Part shown: positions 27,071 to 32,000 of the stretch, one piece after another
Layout of the letters: the number at the start of each line of letters is the position of its first letter
Numbering within the stretch: position 1 is the first letter of the stretch
DNA from: Aeropyrum pernix K1
GTDB lineage: Archaea; Thermoproteota; Thermoprotei_A; Sulfolobales; Acidilobaceae
Reading direction: 5' to 3'
Assembly (NCBI RefSeq): GCF_000011125.1
Contig: NC_000854.2
Coordinates: 270,001 to 302,000, forward strand
DNA: 32,000 nucleotides
Program-made: the position numbers and the translations under genes
Notes under the pieces: generated by a model
What the model saw: only the letters and a program-made list of their open reading frames with translations
Databases searched by the model: none
Told to the model about the DNA's origin: nothing

Positions 27071-27421
27071 GTGTTTTACAGGTTGATTGTTAGGGAGGAG
27101 TGGATAACCCCCCACAGGCGGGTTGTGGTCGTCGAGGACGGGGGGAGGAGGTTCTACAGCATAGACTTCTACATGGAGTGGCGCGGGGGGACGCCCCAGG
27201 GTTTGGAGAGGGTGGCGGGCGTCGGTGGTAAGGAGGTTTGGAGGCTCCCCCTGCTGGGGGGGTGTGAGGCCCTCTTCCTGGCGACCCCCGCCGGCCTTGA
27301 GGTCATAAGCCTCAGGCTCTCCACCAGCGTCGACCAGGATCCGGCTGGGGGTGACGCCAGGTCTGCCGTAGCCCTGTGTGAGGAGGGTTTTAGGCGGTGG
27401 CTAGGGTCTGCGCGCTCCTGA
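27071..27421 (+). CDS. Hypothetical protein
   Basis: 116 aa ORF, co-directional with and overlapping the start of dph6 by 25 nt. Confidence 0.55.
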   Translation: MFYRLIVREEWITPHRRVVVVEDGGRRFYSIDFYMEWRGGTPQGLERVAGVGGKEVWRLPLLGGCEALFLATPAGLEVISLRLSTSVDQDPAGGDARSAVALCEEGFRRWLGSARS

Positions 27422-28113
27422 GCGGGGGTAAGGACAGCAACTACGCCCTATACCTCTCCCTCGCGAGGGGCGATGAGGTCGTCTGCATCCTGGCAGTGAA
27501 GCCTAGGAGGAGGGATAGCTGGATGTTCCACACCGCAGCACTGGAGGCCCCCCGGCTTCAGGCCGAGGCTATGGGCCTCTCCCACGCCTATAGGGAGGCT
27601 GTTGTAAGCGGGGTGAGGGAGAGGGAGGTGGAGGAGCTGAAGGCGGTGCTTACGAGGCTCAGGAGTGAGACCGGCTTCGACACTATAGTTCTGGGTGGAA
27701 TAGCCAGCAGGTACCAGCTGGAGAGGGCCAGGATGCTGGCCCGCCACGTGGCTGCGGGGGTCTACGCCCCCATCTGGGGTGTGGACCCTGAGGAGCATCT
27801 CCTCAACCTCGTCAGGAACGGGTTCAAGTTCGTCATATCGAGGGCTTCCACCATGGGGTTGGGCGCGGAGTATGTCGGGAGAGTCTTCGACGAGGACCTC
27901 GCCAGGGAGGTGATAGCGCTCTCGAGGAGGTACGGGTTCAACCCGGCGTTCGAGGGTGGCGAGGCAGAGACCCTGGTGCTCGACGCCCCCCACTACAGGA
28001 TGGGTTTGTGCGTGAGGGGCAGGGTGGCGAGGCTCCCCGGGGGGGTTTACGAGCTGGTGGTGGAGGGCATGAGGCTCTGCAGCGAGGCTAGGGTGGAGCT
28101 AGAGCAGGCCTAG
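27397..28113 (+). CDS. dph6: Diphthine--ammonia ligase (diphthamide synthase, ATP pyrophosphatase family)
   Basis: 238 aa; ALLSGGKDSNYALYLSLARGDEVVCILAVKPRRRDSWMFH, VLGGIASRYQLERA, YAPIWGVDPEEHL, FNPAFEGGEAETLVLDAP. Confidence 0.93.
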   Translation: MARVCALLSGGKDSNYALYLSLARGDEVVCILAVKPRRRDSWMFHTAALEAPRLQAEAMGLSHAYREAVVSGVREREVEELKAVLTRLRSETGFDTIVLGGIASRYQLERARMLARHVAAGVYAPIWGVDPEEHLLNLVRNGFKFVISRASTMGLGAEYVGRVFDEDLAREVIALSRRYGFNPAFEGGEAETLVLDAPHYRMGLCVRGRVARLPGGVYELVVEGMRLCSEARVELEQA

Positions 28114-28899
28114 GAGCCTCTCCGAGTTCAATGATATAGCCTCCATAAGCCTGCCAGGATCCTCGCCCCTCGCCTCCGCAACGAGCTTCACAGTCTCCCT
28201 CACCATGAGAGGGCTGAGCCGGAGCCCCCTGTAGTTGTAGGGTCCATCGCTCTCCACGACAAGCGACCGGAGGGGTATCTCCCTCGCCACCCTCACGCTC
28301 TTCTCCTGCACCCTTATGGCGGAGTTTATGGAGAACCATACTCTACCCTCAGGCAGGGCCCTAGGCAGGGTGGCCGGCCCCGTGTACCAGTGGTACATGA
28401 ACCTCGCCCTGCTGGTCCACCCTATCCTGTGGGCGACGTGCTTCCAGGCGTCGGGGGCGTGTATGTTAAGCATCACCCCCATATCCTCCGCTAGCTGGAC
28501 GAACGCGTCGAAAACCTCGTTCTGCACCCTCCACGTGTACTCGTCAACAAACCTCCTATCAAGCCCGACCTCCCCCAGGCACGGGACCCCGTACCTGTAG
28601 GCCAGCCTCAGGACCTCCCAGGCCTCCCACACCCTACCCTCCCTCACGTTCCAGGGGTGGAAGCCAAGGCAGGGGACGACCCTCCCGCCGAACGTGTGCC
28701 AGAGGTCCAGAGTCCTCCACGCAGACTCAAGGTCATCGGAGACCGCTACAACCACAAGGCTCTTATCAGCGTCAAGTATCTCCTCCACCTCACGGTCGCT
28801 GTACTCGTGTAGGTGGACGTGCATGTCGTAGACCCTCAACCCCCTCCACCCCCTCATGCGGGTGGGGCTTTGGGGAGGTTTAACGTCTGGCTGCCACAA
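28099..28899 (-). CDS. TatD-like metal-dependent hydrolase
   Basis: 266 aa; YDMHVHLHEYSD, PCLGEVGLDRRF, VMLNIHAPDAW, LVVESDGPYNYRG. Start probably internal (MRGWRG...). Confidence 0.85.
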   Translation of the reverse strand: MWQPDVKPPQSPTRMRGWRGLRVYDMHVHLHEYSDREVEEILDADKSLVVVAVSDDLESAWRTLDLWHTFGGRVVPCLGFHPWNVREGRVWEAWEVLRLAYRYGVPCLGEVGLDRRFVDEYTWRVQNEVFDAFVQLAEDMGVMLNIHAPDAWKHVAHRIGWTSRARFMYHWYTGPATLPRALPEGRVWFSINSAIRVQEKSVRVAREIPLRSLVVESDGPYNYRGLRLSPLMVRETVKLVAEARGEDPGRLMEAISLNSERLLGLL

Positions 28900-28918
28900 G
28901 TGGGGTGGGGTTGCGGGC

Positions 28919-29269
28919 TTGAGGAGTCTTGACCGTGGGTCCTTGGCGGGGCTGGCTCTCGTGGCGGGTCTCTCAGCCTACCTGATCATAGAGGGTTACA
29001 TGGCCGCCGGGGGCCCCACCCTCTTTCCCCTCGCGGTGGCAGCCCTCTGGGTGGGGGGCGCCGCCGCCATTGCCTGGGGGAGGGCTTGGGGGCTCTACCC
29101 TTTCATGCTGGGTTGTCTGGGCTTCATACAGTGGAGGCTCCTGGCAGTGGTGCCGGGCGAGGGGGGTCTCCGCTGGGTGGCTGAGGTGTCCCTGGCCACC
29201 CTGCTGTGGTTCGTGGCGACCTTCGAGGTCCTCAGGCTGTGGCTGCGGGTGAGGCGTGGGCGCGTTTAA
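28919..29269 (+). CDS. Small membrane protein, unknown function
   Basis: Part of ORF 28856..29269. An in-frame TTG at 28919 avoids overlap with the divergent TatD-like ORF. Three to four hydrophobic segments. Confidence 0.55.
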   Translation: MRSLDRGSLAGLALVAGLSAYLIIEGYMAAGGPTLFPLAVAALWVGGAAAIAWGRAWGLYPFMLGCLGFIQWRLLAVVPGEGGLRWVAEVSLATLLWFVATFEVLRLWLRVRRGRV

Positions 29270-29305
29270 TATAAAGCCTCGTACTCGAACCCGATTCACC
29301 CTGGG

Positions 29306-29524
29306 GTGCTCACGGGCATGGGCGGCAAGCACGGCAAGTACGTGTACGTCAAGAGGGGCGACGGCTGGTATGTGAAGGTTAGGGTGTTCAAGAACCGGCC
29401 CCAGGACAGCCCCGAGAGGTATCTTATAGTGGGGCCGAAGAGGAGGGAGGCGCCCATAACCTTCCAGGTTCTAGAGGAGGATGAGCTGCCGGAGGAGGTT
29501 AGGAGGGCCCTCTATCTTGTCTAA
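29306..29524 (+). CDS. Hypothetical small basic protein
   Basis: 72 aa; stop overlaps the likely TTG start (29517) of the downstream glycosyltransferase. Confidence 0.5.
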   Translation: MLTGMGGKHGKYVYVKRGDGWYVKVRVFKNRPQDSPERYLIVGPKRREAPITFQVLEEDELPEEVRRALYLV

Positions 29525-30602
29525 ACCCCCCTGCGGCGAGCCTGAAGTCTCGGTCATAGTGCCGACTCTGAACGAGAGGGACAATATACGCCCCCTCTAC
29601 GTGGGGCTGAAGAAAAGCCTGGAGGGGGCTGGGCTCGAGTGCTTCGAGATAGTCTTCGTAGACGACTCCTCCACCGACGGCACTATAGAGGAGGTGGAGC
29701 GCCTCTCGAGGAGCGACCCCAGGGTTAGGCTTATAGTGAGGAGGGGCGAGAAGGGGCTCTCCCGGGCCGTGCTTGAAGGGCTACGCAGGGCTAGAGGGAG
29801 GGTGGCAGTTGTTATGGACGCCGACCTCCAGCACCCCCCGGAGACCGTGCCCCTCCTGGTTGAGAAGGTGGCTGGGGGGGAGGCGGACTTGGCAGTGGCA
29901 TCCCGCTACGCCCCCGGGGGCAGGGTTGAGGGGTGGAGCCTTGTCCGCAGGATTATAAGTAGGGGGGCGGTGCTGCTGGCGTGGCTCCTCATACCAGAGT
30001 CCAGGAGGACCAGGGACCCGGTCTCCGGGTTCTTCGCGGTGAACCTGGAGAGGGTCAGGCCCGCCATTGTGAGCGGCCGAGGCTTCAAGATTCTACTGGA
30101 GATACTGTATACAAACCCCTACGCCAGGGTAGTTGACGTCCCCTTCACATTCCGAGGGAGGAGCCGGGGCAGCAGCAAGCTCGGGCCCTCGACAATCCTT
30201 GACTACCTGCTCCAGGTCCTCCAGCTCTCGAGCATACCCCGCTTCATCGCCGTCGGCGCCCTCGGCTCCCTGGTAAACCTTGCCGTCTACACGCTGGCCT
30301 TCTCCGCCACCGGGGTGCACCCGCTGAGCAGCATACTAGGCTTCGAGGCCGGGCTCATACACAACGCCATACTGCACGACAGGATAACGTTCAGGAATAG
30401 GAGCATGTGGAGGAGCCACAGCTTCCTTAGGAGGCTGGCCAAGTACCACGCCACCAGCGCGGCAGGCATAGCAGTCGGCGTCGCGGCCTCAACAATCTTG
30501 TATAGCCTCGCAGGCCTCCACCCCCTCCTATCCCAGGCGCTGGGCATCGGAGCGGGCTTCATAGTAAACTTCACCCTAGCCTCAAGGTATATCTGGAGGT
30601 AG
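29517..30602 (+). CDS. Dolichol-phosphate mannosyltransferase-like family-2 glycosyltransferase fused to GtrA-like membrane domain
   Basis: VSVIVPTLNERDNIRPLYVGL, IVFVDDSSTDGT, VVMDADLQHPPE, DPVSGFFAVNLE; C-terminal four-TM GtrA-like RFIAVGALGSLVNLAVYTLAF. The tool ORF begins at 29481; the likely true TTG start is 29517. Confidence 0.88.
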   Translation: MSKPPCGEPEVSVIVPTLNERDNIRPLYVGLKKSLEGAGLECFEIVFVDDSSTDGTIEEVERLSRSDPRVRLIVRRGEKGLSRAVLEGLRRARGRVAVVMDADLQHPPETVPLLVEKVAGGEADLAVASRYAPGGRVEGWSLVRRIISRGAVLLAWLLIPESRRTRDPVSGFFAVNLERVRPAIVSGRGFKILLEILYTNPYARVVDVPFTFRGRSRGSSKLGPSTILDYLLQVLQLSSIPRFIAVGALGSLVNLAVYTLAFSATGVHPLSSILGFEAGLIHNAILHDRITFRNRSMWRSHSFLRRLAKYHATSAAGIAVGVAASTILYSLAGLHPLLSQALGIGAGFIVNFTLASRYIWR

Positions 30603-30612
30603 GTGCCGCGCC

Positions 30613-31296
30613 TTGGCTGGCAGCAGGCTCAGGCAGCTGGAGGAGGAGGTGAGAAGGTGCACCAGATGCCCGCTCCACGCCACGAGGACCCACGCGGTCC
30701 CCGGGGAGGGCCCCGGTGAGGCGGGGGTTATGGTTGTGGGGGAGGCCCCTGGGAGGATGGAGGACAGGCTAGGCCGCCCCTTCGTCGGGCCCGCGGGGAA
30801 GCTGCTGGACAGCCTGCTCGAGCTCGCCGGCCTCTCCCGGGGAGAGGTGTATATCACGAATGTGGTGAAGTGCAGGCCCCCGGGGAACAGGGATCCGAGG
30901 GAGGAGGAGATAGAGGCGTGCCTCCCCTACCTTGTGGAGCAGATCAGCCTCATCAGGCCTAGGCTGGTGATAGCTGTTGGAAGGCACGCGGGGAGGACGC
31001 TCTTCAGGCTAGCAGGCCTGAGGTGGCCGGGCCTCGCCAGGGCGCGGGGTAGGGTTTGGAGGGGGAGGATAGGCGGTGTTGAGTTGTTGATAGCGGTGAC
31101 CTACCACCCGGCCGCGGCCCTCTACAACCCCGGGCTGAGGGGGGAGCTTGAGAGGGACTTCTCGGGTTTTATAAGGAGGAGCGTGGCGGAAGCCCTCTCG
31201 CGGGGCGGCGGTGGAGGGGGTGCTGGTCTGGACAGGTGGTTTTCACCAGATTCTAGAGGACCTGGCGAAGGAGCGGGCGGTGATGTAGACTCCTAG
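30613..31296 (+). CDS. Family 4 (type 4) uracil-DNA glycosylase
   Basis: 227 aa; CTRCPL...GEAPGRMEDRLGRPFVGPAGKLLDSLLELAGL, YITNVVKCRPPGNRDP, LPYLVEQISLIRPRLVIAVGRHA, VTYHPAALYNP. Confidence 0.93.
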   Translation: MAGSRLRQLEEEVRRCTRCPLHATRTHAVPGEGPGEAGVMVVGEAPGRMEDRLGRPFVGPAGKLLDSLLELAGLSRGEVYITNVVKCRPPGNRDPREEEIEACLPYLVEQISLIRPRLVIAVGRHAGRTLFRLAGLRWPGLARARGRVWRGRIGGVELLIAVTYHPAAALYNPGLRGELERDFSGFIRRSVAEALSRGGGGGGAGLDRWFSPDSRGPGEGAGGDVDS

Positions 31297-32000
31297 GGTG
31301 AATAGAAGGCCTGCGGTGGCGAAGGCGAACGCAACCACAGCACCCGTCTCGATACGCTGGGCCAGAGTATCCTGGCCCGTGGGGGCCGGCTGGGCGGGGG
31401 CCTCCAGCTGGGACTCCATAGCCTCCGCCGCTATGCTCCAGAGTATCGCGGAGGCTGTTGCCTCCTCCATCATAGCTATGGCAAGCTGGGGGTCGTCGCC
31501 CGCCAGGACCTCGGCGTACTGTATGTAGGCCTCTGTGAGGCCGCTCTGGAAGCCGAGGGAGGAGGCTCTGGCTAGGAGGACGGAGATTATAGCCTCCATC
31601 TCCCGGCGGTATAGCTCGAGGTCCTCGGGCTGGGGCGCCTCCTCGGGGGCGGCTGAGACGACCTGGAGCGTCATGCTGACGGCGTCCCTCAGGAAGCCTA
31701 TGGCGGCCACGTAGTTGCCCCTCTCCTCGTACATCCTGGCCTCGGAGACGAGTTTAGAGAGGGCAGCCAGGTAGGGTGCGAACCTGCCCTCTGGGAGGTT
31801 GTAGGCGTTTATCATGTATTCCACTAGGCTCCTACCGTAGTCGGCCGACGTGTAGCCGTACTCCCTGAACACGCTGTATATGATCCTGAGGTCCTCGGAC
31901 CTAAGCTCCCTCCCAATATCCTTAACAGCCCCCGCAGTCTTGAGCCAGCCCTCGACGCTCTCCAGCCTAGCCTTTATATAGCCCAGCTGTGCGGCGGCGC
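31243..32000 (-). CDS. Hypothetical protein with C-terminal TM helix, truncated at the right window edge
   Basis: Tool ORF is 31243..31872, but the frame stays open upstream to the edge (AAAQLGYIKARLESVEGWLKTAGAVKDIGRELRSEDLRIIYSVFREYGY...), so the GTG at 31872 is likely internal. C-terminal TM VVAFAFATAGLLFTLGVYITA. Confidence 0.65.
   Translation of the reverse strand, partial: AAAQLGYIKARLESVEGWLKTAGAVKDIGRELRSEDLRIIYSVFREYGYTSADYGRSLVEYMINAYNLPEGRFAPYLAALSKLVSEARMYEERGNYVAAIGFLRDAVSMTLQVVSAAPEEAPQPEDLELYRREMEAIISVLLARASSLGFQSGLTEAYIQYAEVLAGDDPQLAIAMMEEATASAILWSIAAEAMESQLEAPAQPAPTGQDTLAQRIETGAVVAFAFATAGLLFTLGVYITARSFARSSRIW

Overview
GC-rich window whose gene content and intron-bearing tRNAs fit a hyperthermophilic crenarchaeote, possibly Aeropyrum-like (inference). 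Left part (1-12905), mostly on the minus strand: acyl-CoA dehydrogenase, two tandem GNAT acetyltransferases, malic enzyme, acyl-CoA synthetase, UMP kinase-like protein, and an A-type ATP synthase operon transcribed F-E-A-B-D. It is followed by a plus-strand PLP-dependent (MfnA-like) decarboxylase with an atypical C-terminus. The centre (about 14160-25200) is an AT-richer accessory island. It carries a tightly packed four-gene minus-strand operon: a DUF1156-type Zn-ribbon adenine DNA methylase (1007 aa), a DUF499-type P-loop ATPase (1188 aa), an unrecognised 182-aa basic protein, and a SNF2-like helicase (1039 aa) with a C-terminal DUF3883/PD-(D/E)XK-like domain. This looks like an archaeal relative of the DUF1156/DUF499 methylase-ATPase-helicase anti-phage systems (DISARM-related). 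One component is unrecognised, and the island is flanked by an inverted/direct-repeat-rich noncoding segment on one side and a tRNA-Thr 3' end on the other. Right part: two intron-containing tRNAs (Thr-UGU with a 19-nt D-arm intron, and a CAU tRNA with a 48-nt canonical intron), a ribbon-helix-helix protein, a zinc-ribbon protein, Dph6, a TatD-like hydrolase, a GtrA-fused glycosyltransferase, and a family-4 uracil-DNA glycosylase. No CRISPR array, transposase or integrase was recognised.
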